A stretch of DNA of 64,000 nucleotides from a bacterium (GCA_043807085.1 JAZDGI010000013.1:1607-65606); one strand, 5' to 3'. Counted from the first letter of the stretch, positions 20,400-30,857 are shown. A program made the numbers and translations. The notes: a model not told the origin generated them from the sequence alone.

Positions 20400-20822
20400 A
20401 TGCATCCAATTTCAGATATGTTAATAAAAATAAAAAACGCTCAAGCCGTTTGGCATCCAACGGTTGATATTGCTTTCTCTAAGATAAAATACGAAATCGC
20501 GAGCATTTTAGAGAGAGAGGGATTTATTGGAAAGGTTGAGAAGAAAAAAAAGAAGATAGACCGTTATGGAAAAATAAAGCCCGTGATTGAGATCGTTTTA
20601 AAATATTTACCGTCTGATCAGGACAGGAGAGGGTTGCCTGGCATTTCCGGGATTAAGATTGTTTCCAAGCCCGGCCAGAGAATTTATCTTCCTTATTCTA
20701 AAATAAGGAAAATAAAAAGCGGCTACGGAATGTCCGTCATATCTACTTCCAAGGGATTGATGTCGGATAAAGAAGCCAGAAATAAAAAAACAGGAGGAGA
20801 AGTCATCTGTGAAATTTGGTAA
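20400..20822 (+). CDS. rpsH: 30S ribosomal protein S8
   Basis: PISDML, SKPGQRIY, STSKG, GGEVIC. Confidence 0.97.
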   Translation: MHPISDMLIKIKNAQAVWHPTVDIAFSKIKYEIASILEREGFIGKVEKKKKKIDRYGKIKPVIEIVLKYLPSDQDRRGLPGISGIKIVSKPGQRIYLPYSKIRKIKSGYGMSVISTSKGLMSDKEARNKKTGGEVICEIW

Positions 20823-20826
20823 TCAT

Positions 20827-21372
20827 ATGTCTAGAATCGGTAAAAAGCCAATAGAAATATCCGAAGGAATTGAAGTTAAGGTGGATGAGCAGAAGGTTTT
20901 TGTCAAAGGTCCGAAGGGCGAAATTTCAAGAGAATTTCGACCCGAGTTTAAGATTTCGGCGCAGGGAAATAAAATTTTAGTTGAGCCTTTATCGGAAAAA
21001 AAAGGCGTTAAAGCCCTCTGGGGGACAACAAGAGCTATTTTAGCCAATATGGTAAAAGGAGTTCAGTCAGGATTTGAAAAGAAGCTGGAAATAGAGGGTT
21101 TGGGATTCAAGGCTATTATTGTGGGGCAAGACTTGGAATTGTCTTTGGGATTTAGCCATCCGGTCAAAATAAAAGCGTTAGATGGCGTGAAATTTTCAGT
21201 TGAAAAAAATATAATAACTGTTTCTGGCATTGACATTGAAAAGGTTTCAAAAATCGCCGCCTTAATTAAGCGGGCCAGACCGCCAGAACCTTACAAGGGG
21301 AAAGGAATCAGGTATCAAGGCGAGTTTGTCAGGAGAAAGGAGGGCAAAAAAGCCACGGCCGCCGCAAAATAA
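20827..21372 (+). CDS. rplF: 50S ribosomal protein L6
   Basis: MSRIGKKPI, PEPYKGKGIRY. Confidence 0.98.
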   Translation: MSRIGKKPIEISEGIEVKVDEQKVFVKGPKGEISREFRPEFKISAQGNKILVEPLSEKKGVKALWGTTRAILANMVKGVQSGFEKKLEIEGLGFKAIIVGQDLELSLGFSHPVKIKALDGVKFSVEKNIITVSGIDIEKVSKIAALIKRARPPEPYKGKGIRYQGEFVRRKEGKKATAAAK

Positions 21373-21382
21373 CATTTTTGAA

Positions 21383-21745
21383 ATGACAAATATTAAACTA
21401 AAACTTAAGAAAAAAAACCGCCGCCGGAGCAGGGTGATGGCGAAAATTTTCGGGACAGAGCAGGTGCCTCGGCTTTCTGTTTTCAGGTCTAACAGGCATA
21501 TTTACTGGCAACTGGTTGACGATAGCAAGAAAAAGATAATATTGTCAGCTGGCGACTTTAAGGGCAGTAAGCTTAAGAAAAAAATGACAAAAACGGCCTC
21601 TGCTTACGAAACGGGTAAGTTGATTGCTCAAAAGGCCAAAGATTTAAAAATTGAGAAAATTGTTTTTAGTCGTGGCGGTTATAAATACCACGGCCGCATA
21701 AAAGCTCTGGCTGAAGGGGCGAGAGAAGGAGGGCTTAAATTTTAA
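21383..21745 (+). CDS. rplR: 50S ribosomal protein L18
   Basis: PRLSVFRSN, YHGRIKALAEGARE. Confidence 0.97.
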   Translation: MTNIKLKLKKKNRRRSRVMAKIFGTEQVPRLSVFRSNRHIYWQLVDDSKKKIILSAGDFKGSKLKKKMTKTASAYETGKLIAQKAKDLKIEKIVFSRGGYKYHGRIKALAEGAREGGLKF

Positions 21746-21762
21746 ATTTCTAATTTCTAATT

Positions 21763-22266
21763 ATGGTATACGTTAAAAGGTCAAGGTTCGGAGAAAGGCC
21801 AAGGGACGAATTTGAAACCAAGCTTTTGGATTTAGCCAGGGTGTCTCATACGAGGGCCGGCGGCAAAAAATTAAGATTCAGAGCTGTTATTGTGGCCGGC
21901 AATAAGGCGGGAAAAATCGGCGTTGGTTCGGCTTCCGGATTGGATGTCGCCCAGGCGGTGGAAAAAGCCACTTTTCAGGCGAAGAAAAACGTTATTATCG
22001 TGCCGATTATTGAAGAAACCATCCCTTATGAAGTCAAAGAAAAGTTTAGTTCAGCTAGAGTGCTTTTGAGGCCCCAGAAAAAAGGCCGCGGCTTGATTGC
22101 TGGCGGAACAGTCAGGATTATGTGCCAGCTGGCCGGCATTAAAAATATCTCGTCAAAAATTTTAGGCCGGACGGGAAATAAATTGAACAATGCTAAGGCG
22201 ACCATAAGAGCGTTTAAAAAATTAAGAATAAAACATGCAGCTTCATCAAATCAGACCAATCCATAA
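21763..22266 (+). CDS. rpsE: 30S ribosomal protein S5
   Basis: GGKKLRFRA, GLIAGG. Confidence 0.96.
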   Translation: MVYVKRSRFGERPRDEFETKLLDLARVSHTRAGGKKLRFRAVIVAGNKAGKIGVGSASGLDVAQAVEKATFQAKKNVIIVPIIEETIPYEVKEKFSSARVLLRPQKKGRGLIAGGTVRIMCQLAGIKNISSKILGRTGNKLNNAKATIRAFKKLRIKHAASSNQTNP

Positions 22267-22657
22267 ACCGAAAAGAAAAAAAAGAATAGGCCGCGGCGGA
22301 AAACACGGGTTTACTTCGGGTTCGGGTTCCAAGGGCCAAAAATCAAGAGCTGGCCGCAAATTTCAGCCCTTAATCAGGCAGATAATTAAGAGATACCCGA
22401 AACTAAGAGGTCATAATCAGGAGGTCAGACTGCCAGCCGGAGTAGCGTTAATAAATCTTAATGATTTGGAGAAAAATTTCGCTTCCCATGAAAAAGTAAG
22501 TCCTGCGGCCTTGCTGAAAAAAAGATTAATCAATAAAATAAAAGGAAAGGCACCAAAAGTGAAAATTTTGGGCAGCGGAGCGATAACCAAAAAATTGATT
22601 ATTGAAGACTGCGAAATGTCAAAATCCGCGGAAAAGAAAATCAAAGCCGCTTTATGA
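22235..22657 (+). CDS. rplO: 50S ribosomal protein L15
   Basis: RIGRGG, KGQKSRAG, KILGSG. Confidence 0.95.
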   Translation: MQLHQIRPIHKPKRKKRIGRGGKHGFTSGSGSKGQKSRAGRKFQPLIRQIIKRYPKLRGHNQEVRLPAGVALINLNDLEKNFASHEKVSPAALLKKRLINKIKGKAPKVKILGSGAITKKLIIEDCEMSKSAEKKIKAAL

Positions 22658-23949
22658 ATTGGTTCCAAAAAATAATTCAAATTTTTAAGTTAAAAGACCT
22701 AAGGAACAAAATACTTTTTATTTTGGCGATTTTCGTTGTTTTTAGACTAATGGCCACCATCCCCATTCCCGGAGTGGACGTGGAGAATTTAAAAAACTTT
22801 TTTGGGCAATATCAGGCTTTTGGCTTATTAAACGCCTTTACCGGAGGAGCCTTAGACAAGGTTTCAATTATTATGCTGGGATTAGGCCCTTACATTACCT
22901 CCACCATTATTTTACAGCTTTTGACAATGATTTTTCCCCAAATGGAAAGAATGTACAAAGAAGAGGGGGAGCAGGGCAGGCAGAAGTTTAATCAGTATGG
23001 CAGAATTATTACCGTGCCCTTGGCAATGCTTCAGGGCTACGGCATGCTTTCTTTACTGCAGAGCGGAAGCAGTCCGGTTTTGGGGCATCTTTCGCCGATT
23101 ATGCTTTTAACTTCTATACTAACTATAGCCGCAGGCAGTCTTTTTTTAATGTGGCTGGGAGAATTAATTTCAGAGAAGGGGATTGGCAATGGAGTTTCTC
23201 TCTTAATTTTCGCTGGCATTATCGCCGATTTCCCTAACAATATCCAGCAATTGATTCTGCAGATCCAAACCGGAGGAGCGAGTCAGGTTTTCAACGCCGT
23301 CATCTTTTTTATGATGGCTTTGGGTATGATTGCGGCCGTGGTCTTAATCAACGAAGCTAGACGCAACATTCCGGTTTCCTATGCCAAAAGAGTCAGAGGA
23401 ACGAAGCTTTACGGAGGTTCATCCACTTATTTGCCGTTGAATATAAATCCGGCCGGCGTCATACCTATAATTTTTGCTTTGTCAGTTCTGATTTTCCCGT
23501 CAATGATCTCTAATTTTTTGGGTGGAATGGCTGGAAATGTCGGGCAATTTGCCAAAGCCGCCGCTTTATTTTTTCAAAATTCGTGGGTCTACGGCATCTC
23601 TTATTTTATTTTAGTCTGCGCTTTTACTTATTTTTACACGGCAGTTACCTTTGACCCGAAAGCGATTTCTACGAATTTACAGAAAATGGGCGGGTTTGTC
23701 CCGGGTATTAGGCCGGGGGCGTCAACCGCCAGCTTTCTTTATTATATTTTAAATCGCGTCCTGCTTATCGGAGCTATTTCCTTGGGCTTGATCGCTGTTA
23801 TGCCTTCCATTGTCGGCGGAATTACCGGAGTTCAGGTTTTTAGTTTTCTTATTGGCGGAACATCTCTTTTAATCGTGGTTTCCGTGGTCCTGGAAACCCT
23901 TCGTCAGGTAAGGGCGCAGCTTCAAATGCATGAATACGAATCTTTCTAA
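22654..23949 (+). CDS. secY: Preprotein translocase SecY
   Basis: LGLGPYIT, GIGNGVSL, GVIPIIFA, GGTSLLIVV. Confidence 0.98.
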   Translation: MNWFQKIIQIFKLKDLRNKILFILAIFVVFRLMATIPIPGVDVENLKNFFGQYQAFGLLNAFTGGALDKVSIIMLGLGPYITSTIILQLLTMIFPQMERMYKEEGEQGRQKFNQYGRIITVPLAMLQGYGMLSLLQSGSSPVLGHLSPIMLLTSILTIAAGSLFLMWLGELISEKGIGNGVSLLIFAGIIADFPNNIQQLILQIQTGGASQVFNAVIFFMMALGMIAAVVLINEARRNIPVSYAKRVRGTKLYGGSSTYLPLNINPAGVIPIIFALSVLIFPSMISNFLGGMAGNVGQFAKAAALFFQNSWVYGISYFILVCAFTYFYTAVTFDPKAISTNLQKMGGFVPGIRPGASTASFLYYILNRVLLIGAISLGLIAVMPSIVGGITGVQVFSFLIGGTSLLIVVSVVLETLRQVRAQLQMHEYESF

Positions 23950-24661
23950 TAATCAAAATTCCGCGAATAAAATTAGCTATCAGGCAATTATTTTTTTGGG
24001 TCCGCCTGGTTCGGGCAAAGGAACGCAGGCCGATCTTTTGGCTAAAAGGCTGGATTTTTATCATCTTGAAACCAGCGAGCTTATTGAGAAAAAATTATCC
24101 GGCATTAAAAGCGGCGCTTTTGAAATCGTTGACGGACAAAAATATTTTTTAGAGGAAGAAAAGCGGCTGCGGGAATCTGGCGAAATAATGAGCCCTTATT
24201 TGATTGCTTCTTGGGTGAAGAACAAAGTCCGGAGATTGGCCAACGACGGGGAAGGCGTGATTTTTTCCGGTTCGCCGCGAACGCTTCAAGAAGCTCAAGA
24301 AGTTATTCCTCTTTTGAAAGAGCTGTACGGCCGGAATAAAATTATCATAATTTCAGTCAAGCAAAATTTGGAAGTTTCCCTTCATAGAAACAGCAAAAGA
24401 AGAACTTGCTCCCTAATGCGCCACCCCATTTTGTTTAACGAAGAAACAGCCGGCCTGACGATTTGTCCTTTGGACGGTTCAGCGCTGGTGGCCAGAAAAG
24501 ACGATGACCCGGAAATAATCAAAGCCAGGCTGAAAAAATATAAAGAAAGAACTCTTCCGGTGATTAACTATCTGAAAACCCAGGACCTGATAATGAAAGA
24601 AGTGGATGGCGAAAGAAATGTGTCTGAAGTTTTCAACGATATTATCGCGAAAATAGGTTAA
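23930..24661 (+). CDS. adk: Adenylate kinase family protein (copy 1)
   Basis: GPPGSGKGTQ, SGSPR, RKDD. Confidence 0.85.
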   Translation: MNTNLSNNQNSANKISYQAIIFLGPPGSGKGTQADLLAKRLDFYHLETSELIEKKLSGIKSGAFEIVDGQKYFLEEEKRLRESGEIMSPYLIASWVKNKVRRLANDGEGVIFSGSPRTLQEAQEVIPLLKELYGRNKIIIISVKQNLEVSLHRNSKRRTCSLMRHPILFNEETAGLTICPLDGSALVARKDDDPEIIKARLKKYKERTLPVINYLKTQDLIMKEVDGERNVSEVFNDIIAKIG

Positions 24662-24671
24662 TTTTAATCCG

Positions 24672-25349
24672 GTGAAAAATTCAAACCCTTTAATAATTAT
24701 TCTTTTGGGATATTCGGGCTCGGGAAAGGGAACGCAGGCCGAGTTTTTGCGGAAAGAATTTAACTTGGACTATATGGACAGCGGCACCCTGTTGAGAGAG
24801 AGAAAGAAAAAGAATGATTTTACGGGGAGGCAAATCGCCAAAGTTATAGACGCGGGAGGACTGCTTCCCACGCCTATTATTTTTAAGCTGTGGCTTGATA
24901 AATTTGAAGAGCTGAAAAAGGATAAAGATTTTAAGGGTTTCATAACGGGTGGCAGTCCGCGAAAAATTATGGAAGCTCGTTTGATTGACGAGGCTCTGGA
25001 ATGGTACGGCTGGAATAAAAAAGTGAAGATTTTTTTAATTAAGGTTTCTCCCGAAGAAGTAATAACGCGGCTGGCCAAAAGAAGGGTTTGTCAAAAGTGC
25101 GGCAAGATTTTTGTTTTTGCTTCGCCAGCCGATAAAATAAAAGAATGTCCTGTCTGCGCCGGCAAAATCATAAAAAGGAAAGACGACAGCGAAAGCGGCG
25201 TAAAAAAGAGATTGGTCTGGTTTAAAACCGAAGTGGGGCAGGTTATTGATTATTATCGCGGAGCCGGCCGTCTGACAGAGATTGATGGCGAGCAAAGCAT
25301 CGAGGAAGTTTTCAAAGATATTTTTAAAAAAATAAATGGTGGAAATTAA
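24672..25349 (+). CDS. adk: Adenylate kinase family protein (copy 2, Zn lid)
   Basis: GYSGSGKGTQ, GSPR, CQKC...CPVC, RKDD. Confidence 0.85.
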   Translation: MKNSNPLIIILLGYSGSGKGTQAEFLRKEFNLDYMDSGTLLRERKKKNDFTGRQIAKVIDAGGLLPTPIIFKLWLDKFEELKKDKDFKGFITGGSPRKIMEARLIDEALEWYGWNKKVKIFLIKVSPEEVITRLAKRRVCQKCGKIFVFASPADKIKECPVCAGKIIKRKDDSESGVKKRLVWFKTEVGQVIDYYRGAGRLTEIDGEQSIEEVFKDIFKKINGGN

Positions 25350-26085
25350 GACGCCCGAAGAAATTAAAATAATGGCTGAAGGCGGCAAGCTTCTGGCCGT
25401 TATTTTGAATAAGCTGGAAAAAGCGGTTCGGCCCGGAATCGCGACCAAAGAGCTGGATGGACTAGCCGAAAAATTGATTTTAAATTCCGGCGGTCAGTGC
25501 TCGTTTAAGGGCTACCAGGGGTATCCTTCCTGTCTCTGCACGTCGGTGAACGAGGAGATTGTTCATGCTGTGCCTTCAGAGAGGGTTTTAAAAGATGGTG
25601 ATATTATTTCTCTTGATCTGGGAGTTTTATATAAAGGATTCCATACTGATATGGCTATTACGGTGCCTGTGGGCAAGGTCAAGTCGGAAGTCAAAAAACT
25701 CGTTGAGGTCACAAAAAAGTCTTTGGCGATTGGGATAAAAGAAGTTAGGCCGGGAAATCATTTGGGCGATATTGGCTGGGCTATTCAAAAATACGTAGAG
25801 TCGCAAAAATTTAATGTCATCCGCGATTTGTGCGGCCACGGCATCGGTAGGGAACTGCACGAAGATCCGCAAATTTTGAATTATGGGAAAAGAGGGACAG
25901 GTCCCGAGCTTAAAGACGGAATGGTTTTATGTTTGGAGCCGATGATTACAGCTGGAAATTGGAGAATAAAAAAAAGCGCAGACGGCTTTAGCTATATAAC
26001 TCAAGACAATTCTCTTTCCTGTCACTTTGAGCACACCACCGCCGTTACTAAAACCGGCCCCGAAATCTTGACAGAGTTAGTATAA
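25336..26085 (+). CDS. map: Methionine aminopeptidase type I
   Basis: CTSVNEEIVH, GHGIG..LHEDP, LEPM, HFEHT. Confidence 0.97.
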   Translation: MVEIKTPEEIKIMAEGGKLLAVILNKLEKAVRPGIATKELDGLAEKLILNSGGQCSFKGYQGYPSCLCTSVNEEIVHAVPSERVLKDGDIISLDLGVLYKGFHTDMAITVPVGKVKSEVKKLVEVTKKSLAIGIKEVRPGNHLGDIGWAIQKYVESQKFNVIRDLCGHGIGRELHEDPQILNYGKRGTGPELKDGMVLCLEPMITAGNWRIKKSADGFSYITQDNSLSCHFEHTTAVTKTGPEILTELV

Positions 26086-26101
26086 GAGGTAAGGACGTTT
26101 T

Positions 26102-26128
26102 GGCGGTTAGACAATCCGCCTTTTTTTT
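26102..26128 (+). terminator. Intrinsic terminator
   Basis: GGCGG...CCGCC followed by T8. Confidence 0.75.
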
Positions 26129-26158
26129 GTTTGGCCTGTATTATGTTATAATAATTTA

Positions 26159-26881
26159 ATGTACTTATCTATTATTATTCCGGCGTATAATGAGGAAAAA
26201 CGGCTACCCAAGACCTTGGCGGAAATTGACAGATATTTATCAAAGCAATCTTACGATTACGAGATTTTGGCGGTTGATAACGGCTCAACCGATAAAACTT
26301 CAGAAATTGTCAGAGGATTAGTCAGTCAGATTAAAGGATTAAAATTGCTTGAAGGTTCAGTCGGGAAAGGGAAGGGCTACGCCGTTAAAAAAGGCATGCT
26401 GGAAGCCAGTGGCGATTTTAGGATTTTTACCGATGCCGATAACTCCACGGCCATTAACCAGATTAAAAAAATGTGGCCGGAATTCCAAGCGGGTTTTGAT
26501 ATTGTTATTGGTTCAAGAGACGTTAGGGGGGCAGTTTTAGATCCGCCCCAGCCCTTTTTAAGGAATATTATTTTGGGAGAAGGATTCAAGTTGTTTAGAA
26601 AAATAGTTATCGGTCTTTGGGATTTGGAAGATACCCAATGCGGCTTTAAGGGATTTACCAAAAGGGCGGCTGAATCAATTTTTCCCAAGGCGATAATTTC
26701 TCATTTTGCTTTTGATCCGGAAATTTTGGTTATCGGAAAGAGAGCCGGCTTTAAAATCAAAGAGATTCCGATCTCGTGGAAAAACGATCTGGAAAGCAAA
26801 GTAAAATTCGGGTCAATAATAAAAATGGCCGCTGATTTAATAAAAATAAGGCTAAACTTAATCAGAGGGATTTATGGCTAA
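26159..26881 (+). CDS. GT2 glycosyltransferase, polyprenol-phosphate glucosyltransferase-like
   Basis: SIIIPAYNE, DNGSTD, GKGYAV, DAD, DTQCGFK. Confidence 0.9.
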   Translation: MYLSIIIPAYNEEKRLPKTLAEIDRYLSKQSYDYEILAVDNGSTDKTSEIVRGLVSQIKGLKLLEGSVGKGKGYAVKKGMLEASGDFRIFTDADNSTAINQIKKMWPEFQAGFDIVIGSRDVRGAVLDPPQPFLRNIILGEGFKLFRKIVIGLWDLEDTQCGFKGFTKRAAESIFPKAIISHFAFDPEILVIGKRAGFKIKEIPISWKNDLESKVKFGSIIKMAADLIKIRLNLIRGIYG

Positions 26882-27842
26882 GAAGACAAAAATAAAATTT
26901 CCGTCAGAATTGAGGCTTGATCTTATCTCCAGGGATTGGGTGGTTATCGCCACTGGCCGCGGCCGCCGGCCGGAAATGTTTAAAAAAGAAAAGAGAAGCG
27001 GTCAGGAGGCGGCAAAAAAAGACTGTCCGTTTTGCCGTCTTGAGAAGAAAAGAGTTTTTGTCGTGCCCAATAAATATCCCGCTTTTTTGCCGTCAAAAAC
27101 GCTGGGAAAAAAAGTTGAGGGAGGTATTTATCAGACAATGAATGCTGTCGGCTTTTGCGAGCTGGTCGTGACCCGAGACCATAAAAAATCTTTAGCTCTT
27201 TTGCCTCAAGGCGACGTTGAAGAGGTTATCGGTGTTTATCAGGAAAGATACCTGGAATTGATGGAAAAACCCCACGTTAATTATGTTTCAATCTTTCATA
27301 ACCACGGAGCTGAAGCAGGAGCGAGTCAACCCCATCCTCACTCTCAGATTATTACCACGCCCTTGGTAGACGCCGATTTAAAAAACGCTCTTTTGAATTC
27401 GGAAAAATATTTTAGGGAAAATAAAAAATGCGTCTATTGCCAAATGATAGAATGGGAAAAAGCGATAAAGAGAAGAATTATTTTTGAAAATGAGGATTTT
27501 TTGGCTATTTGCCCCTTTGCTTCCAAAGCGGCTTTTGAGATTATCGTTTCTCCAAAGAACCACCTTCCTTATTTTGAGAGAATAAACGAAAAAGAAAAAA
27601 AACAATTGGCTGAAGCCTTGAGAATAAGCCTGCGCAAGCTTTACAAAGGGGTCGGCGATCCTGCTTACAATTTTTATTTGCACACGGCTCCCTGCGATGG
27701 AAAAGATTATTCTTATTATCATTGGCATTGGACAATTTTGCCCAAGACAGCGACCTGGGCCGGCTTTGAGCTTGGCGCCAAAATGGAAATTTCCGCAATT
27801 GCGCCCGAAAAAGCCGCCGAATATTTGAAAAAACAAAAATGA
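26874..27842 (+). CDS. galT: GalT-family nucleotidyltransferase
   Basis: CPFC, VPNKYP, NHG..AGASQPHPHSQ, GFELG. Confidence 0.85.
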   Translation: MAKKTKIKFPSELRLDLISRDWVVIATGRGRRPEMFKKEKRSGQEAAKKDCPFCRLEKKRVFVVPNKYPAFLPSKTLGKKVEGGIYQTMNAVGFCELVVTRDHKKSLALLPQGDVEEVIGVYQERYLELMEKPHVNYVSIFHNHGAEAGASQPHPHSQIITTPLVDADLKNALLNSEKYFRENKKCVYCQMIEWEKAIKRRIIFENEDFLAICPFASKAAFEIIVSPKNHLPYFERINEKEKKQLAEALRISLRKLYKGVGDPAYNFYLHTAPCDGKDYSYYHWHWTILPKTATWAGFELGAKMEISAIAPEKAAEYLKKQK

Positions 27843-28453
27843 AACCATTAATTGTTGCTAATTGGAAAATGAATCCTGCTTCTTTAGCTGATGCCAAGAA
27901 GCTTTTTAACGCAGTTAAAAGCACAAGGACAATCATTTGTCCGCCGTTTGTTTATTTGTCTGCCTTAAAAGCCTCTGGATCTCAAGATTGTTTTTGGGAA
28001 AATTCCGGCGCTTTTACCGGAGAAGTTTCTCCGAAGATGTTGAAAGATTTAGGCGTGGAGTATGTCATCCTTGGTCATTCGGAAAGAAGGAGATATCTTG
28101 GAGAAACCAACGAGATGATTGATAAAAAAATAAAAGCGTGTTTGGCTGCCGGCCTTAAGCCGATTTTATGCGTTGAGAAGCCGGAGCAAATTAAAAAATG
28201 GCAAGATATAATTATCGCTTTTGAGCCGGTTTTAGCAATCGGCACGGGCGAGCCATTTGATATTCAAAAAGCTAAAAAAATGCGCGAATCTCTTTTTGGT
28301 TTCCCGGTAGTTTTATACGGCGGCAGCGTTGATTCTAAGAACGCATCAGATTATATAAAAAAAGCCGGTTTTCAAGGTCTTTTAGTCGGGACAGAGTCTC
28401 TTTCGGCCAAAGAGTTTATCAAGATAGCAAAAGCCGTAGATTCTGTTGATTAA
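27839..28453 (+). CDS. tpiA: Triosephosphate isomerase (short, divergent)
   Basis: ANWKMN, GAFTGEVS, LGHSERR, FEPVLAIGTG, YGGSV. Confidence 0.92.
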   Translation: MKPLIVANWKMNPASLADAKKLFNAVKSTRTIICPPFVYLSALKASGSQDCFWENSGAFTGEVSPKMLKDLGVEYVILGHSERRRYLGETNEMIDKKIKACLAAGLKPILCVEKPEQIKKWQDIIIAFEPVLAIGTGEPFDIQKAKKMRESLFGFPVVLYGGSVDSKNASDYIKKAGFQGLLVGTESLSAKEFIKIAKAVDSVD

Positions 28454-28473
28454 TTTTCTGTTTTGAGTATATA

Positions 28474-28989
28474 ATGCAGGATATGGATAAAGTTTTAGAC
28501 GGCAAGTTTTTTAATCCGACCCGGGGAAACTTAACTCTGCCTGAAGTCATAGGAGAAATGAAAAGCTACATCAAACAAAAGCCAGAGAAATTTTACGATA
28601 TTATTGTCGGTTGCGATTCCTCTTCGTCCGAAACCCCGAATTTTCCTTTGGCTATTGTCGCTTTGAGAGTCGGGGAAGGCGGCAGATTTTTTCTTAAAAA
28701 GATTGGCTATCAAAACAGGATTTTTCATAGCCGCTGGAGAGAGCGAATTTTAGAAGAAGTTTTTTTATCCTGTCAGCTTGCTCTGCATTTGCGCGGGAGC
28801 TTGGAAAAGGCGTTTGATGAGCAAAACTTTAAGTATCAATTCCGCTACATTCATGCTGACGTCGGCGAAAATGGCGCCACCAAGGATATGATTAGAGAGG
28901 TAACTGGTTTAATTCGCGGCAACGGCTTTGAGCCGAAAATCAAACCCGAATCATTTGCCGCATCCAACGTCGCCGACCGGTATAGTTAG
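28474..28989 (+). CDS. Ribonuclease H-like YkuK family protein
   Basis: IVGCDS, GGRFF, IHADVGENG.T, IKPESFAAS.VADR. Confidence 0.85.
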   Translation: MQDMDKVLDGKFFNPTRGNLTLPEVIGEMKSYIKQKPEKFYDIIVGCDSSSSETPNFPLAIVALRVGEGGRFFLKKIGYQNRIFHSRWRERILEEVFLSCQLALHLRGSLEKAFDEQNFKYQFRYIHADVGENGATKDMIREVTGLIRGNGFEPKIKPESFAASNVADRYS

Positions 28990-29010
28990 TTGACATTATT
29001 TCCAGTGAGT

Positions 29011-29035
29011 TTGTTAGACATTGAATGTCCGACAA
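29011..29035. repeat. Degenerate copy of the RAYT-associated palindrome
   Basis: TTGTTAGACATT-G-AATGTCCGACAA. Confidence 0.75.
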
Positions 29036-29098
29036 TCAGTCCTTTAAATAAACAAAAAACGGCTTGAAGTTATCTCCCCGTGTCGGTAGAATAGAATA

Positions 29099-30826
29099 AT
29101 GACCTCTTCAGGGCTAAGAGAAAAGTTTTTGGAATTTTTTGAGAAAAACGGGCATGCTATTATACCTTCAGCTTCTTTAGTTCCGGAGAATGATCCAACC
29201 GTGCTTTTTACCACGGCCGGCATGCACCCATTGGTGCCTTTTTTGTTGGGAGAAAAACATCCGGCCGGCAAAAGGCTGGCTAATTTTCAGGCCTGCGTGC
29301 GCACCGACGATATTGAGGAGGTGGGAGATGAAACGCACCATACTTTTTTTGAGATGCTAGGCAACTGGTCGCTGGGAGATTACTTTAAAGAAAAAGCGAT
29401 AAAATTAAGTTTTGAATTTTTGACGGCAAAAGATTGGCTCGGTTTGGCAAAAGAAAAATTAGCTGTTTCTGTTTTTGCGGGAGACAACGACGCGTCAAAA
29501 GATGAAGAGTCAAAAAAAATCTGGCTTAGTCTGGGCGTTCCCGAGGCGCTGATCAAAGAGCTTTCAAGGAAAGATAATTGGTGGGGGCCAGCTGGCGCAA
29601 CCGGGCCCTGTGGCCCTGACACGGAAATATTCTATTGGGCGGGCCGTGAGTCGGTTCCCGAAGAATTTAATCCGGAAGATAAACACTGGGTGGAAATATG
29701 GAACGATGTTTTTATGGAGTATTTTAAGAATAAAGAAGGGAAATACGAACCGCTTTCTCAAAAAAATGTTGACACCGGTATGGGCATGGAAAGAACGTTG
29801 GCGGCGCTTAACGGCTTTGACGATAATTATAAAACAGATATATTTTGGCCGATTGTTGAGGAGATAGAAAAATTGTCCGGCGGAAAAAAGTATGAAGAGA
29901 ATAAAAAAGAGCTCCGCATAATTGCCGACCATATTAAAGCCGCGGTTTTTTTGATTGCGGATGGAATTTTGCCTTCCAATGCGGAGAGGGGATATGTTTT
30001 GAGGAGGATTTTAAGAAGAGCGATCAGATACGGAAAATTACTCGGCTTTGCCGAGCAATTCCTGATTCCGCTGGCGCAGAAAGTTGTTGAAATTTATCAA
30101 GACGTTTATCCGGAAGTTAAGGCAAAAGAAAATGATATTCTGAATGTTATTCTGGTTGAGGAAGAAAAATTTGAAAAAACATTAGAGGATGGGCTAAAAC
30201 AATTTGAAAGAGGGCTGGACGCTTTTGAGCTATATACAACTTATGGTTTTCCCATAGAGCTGACAATAGAGCTAGCTAAAGAAAGAGGCAAAAGCGTTGA
30301 CACGGAAGAGTTTAATAAAAAATTTAAAGAGCACCAGGAGCTTTCCAGGACAGCTTCCGCCGGAATGTTTAAGGGGGGATTGGCCGACACCGGGGAAACG
30401 GCCACCAGATATCATACTGCTACGCACCTGCTATTGGCTTCTTTGCGGCAAATTTTAGACCCGGAGACTTATCAAAAAGGCAGCAATATAACAGCCGAAC
30501 GTTTAAGATTTGATTTCAATTATTCCCAAAAATTGACCGAAGCGCAGATTAAGCAAGTCGAAGATTTAGTTAACCAGAAGATTCAAGAAGACATAAAGGT
30601 TGAAATGATTGAAATGCCCAAAGACGAGGCAATTAAAATCGCTAAAATTTCTTTTGATCCTGCCAAATACGGCGAGATCGTCAAAGTTTATAAAATCGGC
30701 GATTTCAGCATTGAACTTTGCGGCGGGCCGCATATTGACAGAACGGGAAAGCTGGGGAAATTTAAGATTGTTAAGGAAGAGGCGTCAAGCGACGGTGTTA
30801 GAAGAATTCGGGCAATTTTGGAATAA
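29099..30826 (+). CDS. alaS: Alanine--tRNA ligase (short form, no C-Ala domain)
   Basis: FTTAGM, FFEMLGNWS, DTGMGMER, HTATH, ELCGGPH. Confidence 0.96.
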   Translation: MTSSGLREKFLEFFEKNGHAIIPSASLVPENDPTVLFTTAGMHPLVPFLLGEKHPAGKRLANFQACVRTDDIEEVGDETHHTFFEMLGNWSLGDYFKEKAIKLSFEFLTAKDWLGLAKEKLAVSVFAGDNDASKDEESKKIWLSLGVPEALIKELSRKDNWWGPAGATGPCGPDTEIFYWAGRESVPEEFNPEDKHWVEIWNDVFMEYFKNKEGKYEPLSQKNVDTGMGMERTLAALNGFDDNYKTDIFWPIVEEIEKLSGGKKYEENKKELRIIADHIKAAVFLIADGILPSNAERGYVLRRILRRAIRYGKLLGFAEQFLIPLAQKVVEIYQDVYPEVKAKENDILNVILVEEEKFEKTLEDGLKQFERGLDAFELYTTYGFPIELTIELAKERGKSVDTEEFNKKFKEHQELSRTASAGMFKGGLADTGETATRYHTATHLLLASLRQILDPETYQKGSNITAERLRFDFNYSQKLTEAQIKQVEDLVNQKIQEDIKVEMIEMPKDEAIKIAKISFDPAKYGEIVKVYKIGDFSIELCGGPHIDRTGKLGKFKIVKEEASSDGVRRIRAILE

Positions 30827-30857
30827 GCCCCTTATTTGTTATAATAAAAAGACCATT

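Noticed and set aside
30609-30857. N-terminal extension of the 495-aa ORF overlapping alaS
   Set aside because: ATG 30858 after a TATAAT box is the more plausible start
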